Below are positions 8,260 through 17,998 of a stretch of DNA of 32,307 nt, in pieces. Under the pieces are notes generated by a model, which was not told the origin of the DNA, did no database searches, and saw nothing but the letters and a program-made list of their open reading frames with translations. The translations under genes were made by a program, and so were the position numbers. This DNA is from a virus (Duplodnaviria; Heunggongvirae; Uroviricota; Caudoviricetes), in the IMG/VR virus record IMGVR_UViG_2711768067_000015. One strand, 5' to 3'. Position 1 is the first letter of the stretch, and each line of letters starts with the position of its first letter.

Positions 8260-9321
8260 TCATCCCCTTTGCAAAGCCGATTGCGTATACAGATCCGCCG
8301 CGCCACGCGCTTCGCACATCATATCCATGTACCACGCCTGGCCTCTTGTATCGCCACTGTACATAATCCCGCGCACAATATAAACGCCATCCGTTGCGAT
8401 GCTGGCAGGCTGCGATGTGGTGCCGCTGAGCGTGATATTTCCGTCCGTGTTCTGGTCGGTGATCTGACCACCAGCCATCGCAATATCGTTGTTCGACAAC
8501 GCGGTACGATAGACGGAAGCCTGATCCAGCTGAATGAGCCCGTTAACCCGGATGTTCGGATTAATAAGAGCGCGGACGTTTACGCCGTTGCCGATGGTCT
8601 GCTGCGGCATGCCAATAAGCCCGGTAGCACTGTTGAGCACAATCGCTTCGTGAACATATTCATTAGTCGCCACCATCTGGCGCTGACCGTCCACGAATTG
8701 CCATGTTGCGCCACATTGCCCGGCTACATTATCCATAAGATGCCGCGTCATGCCAAAGAGTACCCGCCCCCGGGGGAATACAGTAGCAGGCATTTCAGGC
8801 GTCAGGCCTTCGGTCGCGCCTTTGTCTTCGAAGTCTTTCATCAGCGCACGGTTCACATCAGCGACTGTGTAACCGGCAGCCAGCGTCTGTGAGGTTATAC
8901 TGGTGGCAAAAGCCAGATCTGTATCGGCTGCCTGAATCAGGACGTAGGAATCAACCGGACTGTCTTTTCCTGTGACCGAGTAGCGAATTTCACCGCTGAA
9001 AATCAGTCCGTAGTTGCGGCCATCACTCTGGCCCACGTCCGCCGCATCAACCTCCCGCACGATCCCGACGTCGCTTGCCGACACCTCCGGCGCGATACCG
9101 TCGTAACCCGCCATCAGACGCACTTTCGAAAACTCCTGTCCGGTAATTCGGTTCACAGTATCTGCCGAGAGGTTATAAATTTTGATAGTCCCTACCCGGG
9201 ACGCGCTGCTGATGTTGAACCAGTCGATCGTAAAGGTGACTTTGAAATCACTTAGCTCAATTCCCTGACCGTTCCCGTCCACAAGCTGCAGCTCGAAATG
9301 TCTCATCCAGTTCTGTGACAT
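8260..9321 (-). CDS. Tail/baseplate protein (353 aa), possibly hub-like
   Basis: Long ORF in the tail gene string between tape measure and the baseplate genes. Function inferred from position only. Confidence 0.6.
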   Translation of the reverse strand: MSQNWMRHFELQLVDGNGQGIELSDFKVTFTIDWFNISSASRVGTIKIYNLSADTVNRITGQEFSKVRLMAGYDGIAPEVSASDVGIVREVDAADVGQSDGRNYGLIFSGEIRYSVTGKDSPVDSYVLIQAADTDLAFATSITSQTLAAGYTVADVNRALMKDFEDKGATEGLTPEMPATVFPRGRVLFGMTRHLMDNVAGQCGATWQFVDGQRQMVATNEYVHEAIVLNSATGLIGMPQQTIGNGVNVRALINPNIRVNGLIQLDQASVYRTALSNNDIAMAGGQITDQNTDGNITLSGTTSQPASIATDGVYIVRGIMYSGDTRGQAWYMDMMCEARGAADLYTQSALQRG

Positions 9322-9323
9322 GC

Positions 9324-9629
9324 TTACTCCGTTGATACCAGTAAATGACTGCGGCCGCCCAGGTCAGTTTTTGTGGGGTAATCCTGTGTGTTGTCATCAC
9401 AGACCACCACCAGCTTAAAACCAAGCCCCATACAGGCGTACTGCGCCAGCAGGTCAGCACCAGTGACGAGAGGAATACCGGAGATTACCGGCTCCCCTCT
9501 GTCGTTCTGCAGGTCCATAATCCAGTACAGATCGCGCCATATGATGCTAATCCGCCAGGTGACACCACCCAGGACGATGCTGAACTGCTGGTTGTCCGCT
9601 GTCAGCGGAATTTCCTGAATTGTCATCAA
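9324..9629 (-). CDS. Tail protein (101 aa)
   Basis: ORF translationally coupled within the tail gene string. Confidence 0.6.
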   Translation of the reverse strand: MMTIQEIPLTADNQQFSIVLGGVTWRISIIWRDLYWIMDLQNDRGEPVISGIPLVTGADLLAQYACMGLGFKLVVVCDDNTQDYPTKTDLGGRSHLLVSTE

Positions 9630-10213
9630 CCGCCCCCCAGTAATGACGCCACGTTACCCGTGATGCTTTTCAGCAGTGAAGTATCTGGAGGCTTTGTGGT
9701 TTTGTTGCCGCTATTCTGTACCGCCGACGTGCTGGCCCCTTCCTTCATGTTGGTTTTATCCGCGACGGTAATCTGCTGTGTCAGGGAGATAAGGACCTCC
9801 CTCAGGGTGAGGACGGCGGACAGGACGTTTTCGGTTGTCTTGTCCGTCGTCACTTCCAGCGCCCGGATCAACATGTTGCTGTACAGCCGTTTACCGGTTA
9901 CCACATCGAAGGGGATACGACTTTCCTGCAGATCCAGTAGCTCCTGATACGTCTGCTGAGGACTCAGGCCGAGCAGGCTGGTAGCCGTCAGGTTACTGGC
10001 AAAATCCAGCAATGCGCCGCCACCGGCGAAACCAACCTCCATCACCACTTCTGACGGTTTTTTATAGGCATGATCAGCGACAGCGGCCCCGACCTCTACC
10101 GGATGCTCTGTTATTTCAAGCATATCTGTATGCTTCTCTGAAATAACAACACTGGGAACAATCATTCCTATTTTTCTGCTCTGCTGATGAAAAAGTGTAG
10201 AGAGAATATCCAC
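9626..10213 (-). CDS. Tail protein (195 aa) immediately downstream of tape measure
   Basis: ORF with start/stop overlap to neighbours. Function inferred from position only. Confidence 0.6.
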   Translation of the reverse strand: MDILSTLFHQQSRKIGMIVPSVVISEKHTDMLEITEHPVEVGAAVADHAYKKPSEVVMEVGFAGGGALLDFASNLTATSLLGLSPQQTYQELLDLQESRIPFDVVTGKRLYSNMLIRALEVTTDKTTENVLSAVLTLREVLISLTQQITVADKTNMKEGASTSAVQNSGNKTTKPPDTSLLKSITGNVASLLGGG

Positions 10214-12201
10214 TAACCCACCCTCACCTGATTACTTCGCATGACCTGAGCATTTGCAGACTGTTGCCGACGTGCAACCTCATTACCGACAGCGTGCGGA
10301 TCTCCGCCACCGTAAATGTGGTAAGTATTTTGCTGGTTAACCTCTGTCACTTTGCCACTAATTCCTGCCACGGCAGCCTTATTAATCAGCTCTCGGGAAT
10401 AGATATTTCTTCCATTTTCATGCTGGATAATACTGCTCATCAATGCTGACATGGTTTGCGGATCGCTCATATTCAGGGCAGCCCGGGGATCCACTCCCAG
10501 TCGTTGCGATACAGCCCTGATATACGCAGTTGTGTTGTTATTATCAGACGCAGGTGCCCAGGTAGAGATAATTTTCTCCACACTGTTTATTCCCCGTCCG
10601 GCGTACAGCATTAACTGACGAGCAAGAGCCCGTAATCCATCAAAGGCAGTTTCAAATCTGGCAAATCGCCCGCCCGGGCGTTCAAGAGAAGCCCCTGCCT
10701 GACCAGCAAAATTAAGGTTTCCCGGATTGTTATTCCGTTCTCCTCGTTTCGTAGCCTGTGCATGTTGTTCCGGCTCATCATCACCAAACCAGCTGCGTAC
10801 CGTCCGGCCCACGCTACGGGGATCGAATCCCCAGTGCTCTTTAATCCAGTCGGCAGTACTGTTAGCGCTGTCTGTAACCATCGGCATCGCTGACGGATTT
10901 GCGCTGCCCTGATTAAGTATCTGTTTGCCGATGCTGACGGCATCAGCCCAGCGGCCATCTTTGATAGCGTTGAGCAGGTCGGCGATCATGTTCAGCATTT
11001 TGCTGAATTCGCCCATCTGGTCGATGAAGTTGCTGAAATCCCACTTCAGGGACCATGATTTGGGGTCAATATTGAGTAGTTTCGCCAGCGCTTTCGCCAG
11101 GTCGTTAACGGTCGTTTTAAGGTCACGAACCATCTTCAGCGCGGCATCGACCTCCGGTTTCCACTTGCCCCAGTCAATCAGGCTGTCGCCGCCTTCCTTC
11201 CAGGTCTGATAGTCCTCCCACAGGAGGGCAATACCCGCCGCCAGCGCGGTAATGAGGCCAATCGGCGACATCCAGAACGTACTGTTCAGAATGCGCAGCG
11301 CAATCGTCAGTGCGCCAAACAGCGAGATCAACTCCCGCGTTTGCTTATCCAGCGATTGCCACCAGGTGATGAGGCTTGATGTTCCTTCAATCAGTCTGAA
11401 GAACAGCCGCCCGATAATATCCCCGAGCGCCAGAATGCCTTTTATGGCTTTCGTCAGGGTCTGCTCGATACGAGGGAAGTTGTCCAGGATATGGCGGCGC
11501 AGGGTGTCCAGCGAACCCGCAAGCCCACCCGCAAGATTAGAGCCGATTTTGTCACGGGCCATGCCTGCCATCGCGCCAAACTCACGCAGGGAGGTCATAA
11601 ATTTGTTGGAGCTTCTGGCCGCCTCGTCAGCATTGAAGCCGATAGCTTTCGCCATTGCGCTGTACTGCCCGGAGAAGCCACCCACACCCCGGCGCATCGC
11701 CATAAGGGTATTTTCGTCAATGCCCAGCATCTGCGCATACTGGTTAGCCCGGTAATACGGCATGCCGCTGAGCTTCTGGCCTACACCTGTAAAAATAGCG
11801 GCCATGTCACGCATGTTACCGCTGGCATCCCGTGTCTGTACCCCCAGGCGATTCAGAAATCCCTCTGCCCCGGGATTGATACGAATAAACCGGGAGAGGC
11901 TTTCCAGAGAAGATCGCGCAGCGTCCACGCTGCCGCCAACCTGCGAAACCGCATAGCCAATAGACTGAATTCCCTGGACTGTCGCGCCAGTGCGCTGTGA
12001 CGCCCAGTAAAGATTATCCAGGCCGGAGGCAATCTTAGCCGTAAAGGCCACCACGGACAGTGCAGCTCCTTCAACGGCCAACCCCATTTTGATGACATTT
12101 GCAGTTGTCCCGGCGAGGACAGAACCGAATTTTTTTGCTCCAGCATCATCCACACTGAAGCCAAGCGAGACGAGAAAATCTTTAATAGTTTCAGCGTTCA
12201 T
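10213..12201 (-). CDS. Tail tape measure protein
   Basis: Long, Ala/Gly-rich, predicted helical ORF downstream of the tail chaperone. The ATG at 12201 has a GGAGAGAGG ribosome-binding site; the track start at 12222 is a TTG. Confidence 0.85.
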   Translation of the reverse strand: MNAETIKDFLVSLGFSVDDAGAKKFGSVLAGTTANVIKMGLAVEGAALSVVAFTAKIASGLDNLYWASQRTGATVQGIQSIGYAVSQVGGSVDAARSSLESLSRFIRINPGAEGFLNRLGVQTRDASGNMRDMAAIFTGVGQKLSGMPYYRANQYAQMLGIDENTLMAMRRGVGGFSGQYSAMAKAIGFNADEAARSSNKFMTSLREFGAMAGMARDKIGSNLAGGLAGSLDTLRRHILDNFPRIEQTLTKAIKGILALGDIIGRLFFRLIEGTSSLITWWQSLDKQTRELISLFGALTIALRILNSTFWMSPIGLITALAAGIALLWEDYQTWKEGGDSLIDWGKWKPEVDAALKMVRDLKTTVNDLAKALAKLLNIDPKSWSLKWDFSNFIDQMGEFSKMLNMIADLLNAIKDGRWADAVSIGKQILNQGSANPSAMPMVTDSANSTADWIKEHWGFDPRSVGRTVRSWFGDDEPEQHAQATKRGERNNNPGNLNFAGQAGASLERPGGRFARFETAFDGLRALARQLMLYAGRGINSVEKIISTWAPASDNNNTTAYIRAVSQRLGVDPRAALNMSDPQTMSALMSSIIQHENGRNIYSRELINKAAVAGISGKVTEVNQQNTYHIYGGGDPHAVGNEVARRQQSANAQVMRSNQVRVG

Positions 12202-12378
12202 TATCCTCTCTCCATTTCTCAATGCGCCGCTGGTTATCCGCTTTTACCGCCAGATGGTCATTCAAGAGAGCAATATCGTACAAATCGACAGAGCCATCTT
12301 TAAGTGCTGTATAAGGAATTAACCCGGCGTCAACCGGATTGAGAAGGTAGGACAGCCCGTCCGGCAGGCTGTTAAACG

Positions 12379-12831
12379 TCAGCCCTGTTGCAGGCTCTGC
12401 GTCGTGCTGGTAAGGGATGTAGGCAAAAAATTTCCCAGCGAATTGGCGACCACCCGCGCCACCAGATGAAGCATGACCAGCAGGTCAATATCATCAAACA
12501 TCAGTTCGCCCTGGGTAAATACCGGCACCCATCCGTCCATATGACGCCGCGATACCACCGCAAGACAGGGATGAATAATCGCATCGGTGTCATCTTCGGT
12601 CAGGGAAGACAGTTCCTCAGCGATACGCGGGAGCATGGTTTCAAACACCGGTTTTAACTGCTCGAATTTCACGGTGTCGATTTTGCCATCAGCAGGCAAA
12701 CGGGAGCGAATGCTCCCGAAATCTGACATCATTCCCGCCAGCACCGGCAGAAGTTTGCGGGTCACTTTCAGCTGGTCAAAAACGCTGAGTTTTGCCACGC
12801 GATATTTCACGCCTTTAATTTCGAATTCCAT
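12379..12831 (-). CDS. Tail assembly chaperone (G-like), with a candidate -1 frameshift extension to 12191
   Basis: 150-aa ORF between the tube and tape measure genes. A slippery heptamer and an open -1 frame run up to the tape measure start (see findings). Confidence 0.75.
   Translation of the reverse strand: MEFEIKGVKYRVAKLSVFDQLKVTRKLLPVLAGMMSDFGSIRSRLPADGKIDTVKFEQLKPVFETMLPRIAEELSSLTEDDTDAIIHPCLAVVSRRHMDGWVPVFTQGELMFDDIDLLVMLHLVARVVANSLGNFLPTSLTSTTQSLQQG
12424..12430 (-). other. Candidate -1 ribosomal frameshift slippery heptamer T_TTT_TTG in the chaperone gene
   Basis: In zero frame the codons read aaT TTT TTG (N F L). The -1 frame downstream is open for 83 codons to a TGA at 12191..12193. 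Confidence 0.45.
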
Positions 12832-12834
12832 GCA

Positions 12835-13275
12835 TTAAAACTCCCCGAGAACCTGGTCAATCTTGCCGCAGTCAAACACCCACGGCATCGTATTACCGGT
12901 TTTAGCGTTGGCGTTATCCGGTTGTTTCTGGAACGCAACACTGCGTGCCGTGATGATGTCGCCGCTGACCTTGTTGCGGATCACGATAACGTTATTCCCC
13001 CATGTGGCAGAAGACTGGCTCTGTGCGTTATACGCCAGCGACAATTTTTTATTTGTCGGTGATGTCTTCAGAAGGTTAACGGTAATTGTCCCGCTTTTAT
13101 CTGCATGAAGACTGTGCATCACTTCGCCATCAGAACCGATGGTCATGGTGTTTTTAGGACCGCCCATCGCAACCACAATCCCCTCTTCAGAACTTGCCGA
13201 ACCGTACCCGAGGTCAATCGAACCGGTCGGCCCGGTCAGCGTCGCAGTGACATCCATAAAAGAATAGGTAGACAT
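12835..13275 (-). CDS. Tail tube protein
   Basis: 146-aa ORF between the sheath-like gene and the chaperone, in the canonical myovirus order sheath-tube-chaperone-tape measure. Confidence 0.65.
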   Translation of the reverse strand: MSTYSFMDVTATLTGPTGSIDLGYGSASSEEGIVVAMGGPKNTMTIGSDGEVMHSLHADKSGTITVNLLKTSPTNKKLSLAYNAQSQSSATWGNNVIVIRNKVSGDIITARSVAFQKQPDNANAKTGNTMPWVFDCGKIDQVLGEF

Positions 13276-13285
13276 TCACTTCCCC

Positions 13286-14431
13286 TTAGCGAACAACGTT
13301 AATCTGTACGTCAGCGTAATGAACCGCGCCTGCAAGTTTTATTGCAGCCTGAATCACCGGAGCCTTACGGGCTTCACGTTCTGATTGTGCCTGTTCATCC
13401 AGCGGCTGGGCGTATACGTAATAACCTTTGGGCAGCGTGTCACCTGATGACAACTGACCAAGGTCGCCCCCGTTCCATACGCCCGGAGCAATCAGTCCAT
13501 TCTGAACGGCCTGATCCAGTGATTTTTCAACATTTGATAACAGTCGGGTAATACCGGCTTCAGTCTGGGGAACTTTCGTGGTGCTGGTATAAAGCAGGTT
13601 ATAAAGGTTGGTCTGCACATAATTCTGTAACCAGTCCAGGCCGTGGCGTTCATCAAAGAAATCGCCGTTAGCCATCACTCCCTGCTGGAGGATAGCTGTA
13701 TCATTCTGGTAGTACACGAACACATTGCAGTTTTTTGCATCAAGTGCCGATGCCTGGCTGACTGTCAGTGTTTCATACCCGACACCCGGCTCCTGCTTAA
13801 ACTTGAGCGTAATCGCGGTATTACTGCCATTGAAATTAACCGTGAATGCCCGGCCAAATGCAGATAACGCAGCGTATTTATTACCCGATGAATACTGAAT
13901 AAAACTGCGTGAATATCCGGCGGTTTTCAGTTTTGATGCCAAATCATCGCTGGATGCAGTCTGCAGGCATTTCTCATCGCTTGTCGTAATCGCCAGAATA
14001 CGGCTTACAGAAGAGGATTCGATCGCCGCAGCCACTTTCAGCCAGTCTGCATCCGGAATATCTTCATCGTCTGCAATCCCCAGCCCATACCATGAAGTAT
14101 AATCAAGCATGGCATTCACAGCCTGCTCCAGCGTCTCATGCGTGGCCTGTTCGCTGTCTCCCTTCGTTTTCACCCAACGACCAACAAAAACCTCCTGAGG
14201 TTTCGGTGATTGTGAGAAAAACACCTGCGCAGCCTTATATTCTGGTGATTCCACGCCAAAATCTTTTCCAATATCTTCCGCGGCAGAATAACGGCGAATG
14301 CGCTCACTTACCGGAATGATTGTGGACGGGCCGAGAATGAGTAATGCACCAAAATTTCGCCCTGATGCTGCACGCGGCGACATGATCACATCAACATTAA
14401 CAACGTTTGATACAGGCAAGCCCTGTGCCAT
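13286..14431 (-). CDS. Tail sheath protein
   Basis: 381-aa ORF immediately upstream of the tube gene. The window also carries baseplate J and spike homologues, indicating a contractile tail. Confidence 0.65.
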   Translation of the reverse strand: MAQGLPVSNVVNVDVIMSPRAASGRNFGALLILGPSTIIPVSERIRRYSAAEDIGKDFGVESPEYKAAQVFFSQSPKPQEVFVGRWVKTKGDSEQATHETLEQAVNAMLDYTSWYGLGIADDEDIPDADWLKVAAAIESSSVSRILAITTSDEKCLQTASSDDLASKLKTAGYSRSFIQYSSGNKYAALSAFGRAFTVNFNGSNTAITLKFKQEPGVGYETLTVSQASALDAKNCNVFVYYQNDTAILQQGVMANGDFFDERHGLDWLQNYVQTNLYNLLYTSTTKVPQTEAGITRLLSNVEKSLDQAVQNGLIAPGVWNGGDLGQLSSGDTLPKGYYVYAQPLDEQAQSEREARKAPVIQAAIKLAGAVHYADVQINVVR

Positions 14432-14434
14432 AGC

Positions 14435-15043
14435 TTAATCTCCGAAAAAGATGACTGGTGCTTCCACCAGCGATTTAATACCGTACTCGCGCACAACCTT
14501 CCGGCGCAGACGCACCGTCATATCGTAGCGGCGGACCCATTGCTGATTAATAAGTTCAGGGAAGGGAGTCAGACCTGTGTAATCGCCAAGAGACAGCCCC
14601 AGCGCATTCAGTGCTGCGTTGTTCTGCGGTACAGATATACCGTCACGAAACCGGGACGCATACACCATCCCCGCCGGACCATAAAACGAAGCCATACACT
14701 CAATCGTTTCATGCCGCCAGAGCTGAGAGCCATCATCGGTCTGTCTGGTGAATGCCGGACTGTCATCACCTGACCATCCGATAACCCCAAACGCACACCA
14801 GTTCGTTTCAGCCGGTAGCAGTGGCGGTTGCTCTTTCTGCCAGCGCGGACGAACCATCCCGGCAGACAGACCGGAAACGTTACGCATCCACTGGCTTAAC
14901 AGCCTGTCGAGCGCTTCGTCATAATCCGGATCGCCACTGGTTGGTATCAGCCATCCGCGCTCTGTGCTGGTGTTATTGCTCAACCGGAATTCCCCCATCA
15001 AACGGCAGCAACTCACAATGCGCCTGAACGAATCCGGCACCAT
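14435..15043 (-). CDS. Head-tail joining (neck) protein, hypothetical
   Basis: 202-aa ORF between the head and tail modules. Start is uncertain; it overlaps the upstream gene by about 70 nt in another frame. Confidence 0.55.
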   Translation of the reverse strand: MVPDSFRRIVSCCRLMGEFRLSNNTSTERGWLIPTSGDPDYDEALDRLLSQWMRNVSGLSAGMVRPRWQKEQPPLLPAETNWCAFGVIGWSGDDSPAFTRQTDDGSQLWRHETIECMASFYGPAGMVYASRFRDGISVPQNNAALNALGLSLGDYTGLTPFPELINQQWVRRYDMTVRLRRKVVREYGIKSLVEAPVIFFGD

Positions 15044-15362
15044 ACGCTGTATACGGGTCGACGAAAGTCACACGATAATCACGGCCCTGATACGTCACGA
15101 TATCGGCATCACGGCCAGTCTGTCCCTGCGTCAGTCGCTCAGTCGTCACAATCAGAATTGCACCACTGATTACCTGCCCGGCCTGCATACGACGGTTTTC
15201 CAGAGAGCGATCAACAGTTACGACTCCGGCAAACTGCTTTTTAACTTCGCTGTCGCTGCCGATCCCGTCCTCATCCACCGTTTGCACACGGCGTGTTACC
15301 CACAAATTGAAGTCGCAAAAATCGGGGTCAAAAAGCACATCTGTTACATCAAGAGTCGGCAT
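14973..15362 (-). CDS. Head-tail adaptor/completion protein, hypothetical
   Basis: 129-aa ORF in the neck gene string. Confidence 0.55.
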   Translation of the reverse strand: MPTLDVTDVLFDPDFCDFNLWVTRRVQTVDEDGIGSDSEVKKQFAGVVTVDRSLENRRMQAGQVISGAILIVTTERLTQGQTGRDADIVTYQGRDYRVTFVDPYTAYGAGFVQAHCELLPFDGGIPVEQ

Positions 15363-15903
15363 TTTTATCCCTCACAACATGGGTAATCGCTCTGCGATAT
15401 TGCCCGGTGTCAATTAATGGTTTCGCCAGTTCGGTTCCCGGGGATTCGCCAGCAGCACGCCGGGCAAGTTCCAGTGTTGCCCCCTTGCGCCCCCGACGAG
15501 CCCGGGCTTCAACAGTACTGTCAGCAAGCGGCGTAAAGCCGGTAATGGTCATGTAACGCCTGACGCCATTAGCGGCCAGTGTTCCGGCACGGTTGAGTGC
15601 GCTTTCTGCTCCCGCAGCATTACCATCAAGTGCAGCCTGCGCCGCGGCTTTGAGCTGCGGCACCGTCTGCTCTTCTGCCGATTTAACGCCGGGGACCAGG
15701 TGAGGTCGTGGCGGGATGTTCTGCTCTGGTGAGCCGTATTCGTTGAGGTAACCGATGCCCGCATTACCAAACGGAACATCATCCCGCTCGCTGTCTTCCG
15801 AAGGGATGCCGACCAGAACATCTTTTTTGGTTAACGACCTAAGCGCATCCAGAATGGCCTTAGCGTTATCCACCCTCGTTGTTACACCGCTTTTGAAACT
15901 CAT
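15349..15903 (-). CDS. Head completion / neck protein, hypothetical
   Basis: 184-aa ORF in the neck gene string. Confidence 0.55.
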   Translation of the reverse strand: MSFKSGVTTRVDNAKAILDALRSLTKKDVLVGIPSEDSERDDVPFGNAGIGYLNEYGSPEQNIPPRPHLVPGVKSAEEQTVPQLKAAAQAALDGNAAGAESALNRAGTLAANGVRRYMTITGFTPLADSTVEARARRGRKGATLELARRAAGESPGTELAKPLIDTGQYRRAITHVVRDKNADS

Positions 15904-16307
15904 AGCTGGCGACCACCTGCACCGAACATCGTAATCAACTGATAAAATTCAGCGCCATATCGGGTGTTATTCCAGAAACCTGCATCAGGATTCAGCGTCG
16001 CGCTGGTGTCATAACTGACGCTTACCTTATCCACGGACTTTGAGGACTGAACACCATTGGTTGAACCGCCCGGCCCGCCAGCCAGCATCGCCCGGATGTC
16101 TGCCGCCCAGAGCGTCATGTAGTGTGCAACGAACAATCCGGCAAAGTACGGAAACAACTTTTTGCTGGTGACGTTTTCGCTCAGCAGTTCATCGGCCAGA
16201 TTCAGACGAAACTGGATTTGCGCTTCGGGATATTTGGCAGGGTCAGCAAACTGCGGGAAGTCGCGGCGAAAATCACTTACCGCTGGCAGACTTTGATTCT
16301 TTGGCAT
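15900..16307 (-). CDS. Head-tail connector protein, hypothetical
   Basis: 135-aa ORF with ATGA overlap to the downstream gene. Confidence 0.55.
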   Translation of the reverse strand: MPKNQSLPAVSDFRRDFPQFADPAKYPEAQIQFRLNLADELLSENVTSKKLFPYFAGLFVAHYMTLWAADIRAMLAGGPGGSTNGVQSSKSVDKVSVSYDTSATLNPDAGFWNNTRYGAEFYQLITMFGAGGRQL

Positions 16308-16494
16308 TTTTTACCTCGTTACGCGCGTCTGTGGCTTTGCCAACGGATACTTCCGCGTGCGCACGAGTGAACCAGTGCGTGGCAACGTCTTCCTCCACAG
16401 CATGACGGCCTTTAACAAACTCGCGCCGCGAACCGTCGGGAAGCGTGAGCACAAACGGGGTATGTACGTGTATTACTGCATTATTTTTTGCCAT
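16273..16494 (-). CDS. Small head-associated protein, hypothetical
   Basis: 73-aa ORF directly downstream of the major capsid gene. Confidence 0.5.
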   Translation of the reverse strand: MAKNNAVIHVHTPFVLTLPDGSRREFVKGRHAVEEDVATHWFTRAHAEVSVGKATDARNEVKNAKESKSASGK

Positions 16495-16535
16495 CGGGTC
16501 ATCCTTAATGGCCCCGCCAGGGGGCCATATGGCTG

Positions 16536-17477
16536 TTAAATGCCATCAACGTACGAAATGGTTTCTTTGTACACTGGCTCGACTGCACCCAGCTTGCCGT
16601 AGTAAGTGACGATCTGATACAGACCGCGATACTGCACCGGCACGCTCTGAAGCGGAACCAGCGGGTAGCGGACGTATTTTTTATCGTTGGTGTACGCAAC
16701 CATGCGATCCTTATTCCCCACACCACGGCCTTTCAGCCATTTCACCGCGCGGATATTCAGCGGAACACCGTTCTGGTGATAGCTGATGGTGTTGGTCTGA
16801 AGGTACGTCAACAGGGACTGGTTACCCGCAGATGAAACGATAATGCTGGACAACAGAGCAAACTGCTCAGGCGGGATCAGCAAATCACGCGGAACCACAG
16901 AGTAACCAGAAGCGGCCCACGCATCAGACAGCACCTGGTTAATGCTTGCGCGGATTTCGTCCGGTGTTGAGGTTGCCCACGTTTTGGCAGCGTTGTTGGC
17001 AGGCACGCCGTCCAGGGTAACAAGGCCTTTCAGGTTTAATGCTGAATCGCCAACATATACCTGTTCATCGTTATCCATCTGCCATTTCAGTTGCATACCG
17101 TCATACTTCTGCGTATCAATCGGGCGGCCGACCTGCTGAGCAGCCTGCAATTCTATGACCGTCCAGCCAAGTTCCATCCCCCACAGGTTCAGCGGGTTAC
17201 CGGATTTGCCGATATCCACGTTCACGCCAGCAATAGCGGTTGAGTCTTTGCCTACCCAGTTTTTTCCATTCGGATTTGCGCCAGTACCCGCAGCGGCGAA
17301 GCTGGTATTCGTCCAGCTGGAAATGTCATCTGCGATGGAGACGTCTTCACGCAGTTGAATATCGCGGCTCCAGGTGTACCCCACCAGTGGCAGGTTCAGC
17401 GTCTGGTCGAGTCGCTCCAGCTCCCCGATGAGAAAGGCACCAGAGCTGTCAACGGTTGCCTGATCAAAAGTAATCAT
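16536..17477 (-). CDS. Major capsid protein
   Basis: 313-aa ORF following the scaffold-like genes and preceding the neck genes. A GC-rich hairpin lies just downstream of its stop. Confidence 0.7.
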   Translation of the reverse strand: MITFDQATVDSSGAFLIGELERLDQTLNLPLVGYTWSRDIQLREDVSIADDISSWTNTSFAAAGTGANPNGKNWVGKDSTAIAGVNVDIGKSGNPLNLWGMELGWTVIELQAAQQVGRPIDTQKYDGMQLKWQMDNDEQVYVGDSALNLKGLVTLDGVPANNAAKTWATSTPDEIRASINQVLSDAWAASGYSVVPRDLLIPPEQFALLSSIIVSSAGNQSLLTYLQTNTISYHQNGVPLNIRAVKWLKGRGVGNKDRMVAYTNDKKYVRYPLVPLQSVPVQYRGLYQIVTYYGKLGAVEPVYKETISYVDGI

Positions 17478-17488
17478 TCGTCTGTTCC

Positions 17489-17995
17489 TTAAATCTTCCA
17501 GGAAATTTCTGCATTGCCGTCAGCATCACCGGCACCTGTGAATTCAGCGTTGGTCAGCACCACGTTTTTGCCACTGACTGACGTGGACATGAATCCACCC
17601 AGCGGCACTTTGATGGATTCATCAGTGGAGACGACAACGTATACCGGGTCGCCTTTTTTGATGGTGCTGGCATCAAAATCAGAACCGAGATTAACGGTCA
17701 CGTAGCCACGCTTCATGGCGTCGCCCGGGAAGTTCTTGCCACTCCCCACCTGGCGAACCATGTCCGGCTGCGAAGTGGTCGGATAAGGGCGCACGTAGAT
17801 CCCCTTCACCTTGTCTGCGGTATCACCATCTGCCAGAGGCACGAAAAAACCGTCATCATCGTATTTACCAGCCAGCCCATAGGCAGCAAAGGCGTTATCG
17901 GATTTAAGGACCACCGGTTCGACGGTTAAGTCCTGCGGGCGAGAGACAGCCCCGGCAATGCCAACAGGCATCCGGTACAGAAATACATTATTCAT
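17489..17995 (-). CDS. Head structural protein (decoration or scaffold-related), hypothetical
   Basis: 168-aa ORF between the scaffold-like and major capsid genes. Confidence 0.55.
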   Translation of the reverse strand: MNNVFLYRMPVGIAGAVSRPQDLTVEPVVLKSDNAFAAYGLAGKYDDDGFFVPLADGDTADKVKGIYVRPYPTTSQPDMVRQVGSGKNFPGDAMKRGYVTVNLGSDFDASTIKKGDPVYVVVSTDESIKVPLGGFMSTSVSGKNVVLTNAEFTGAGDADGNAEISWKI

Positions 17996-17998
17996 TTT

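Noticed and set aside
10611-12164. Multiple ORFs on both strands inside the tape measure gene (for example 10611..10958, 11252..11755, 11491..12000, 11853..12164).
   Set aside because: All are fully nested within the long tape measure ORF in alternative frames or antisense. This is typical of GC-rich coding DNA and has no independent support.
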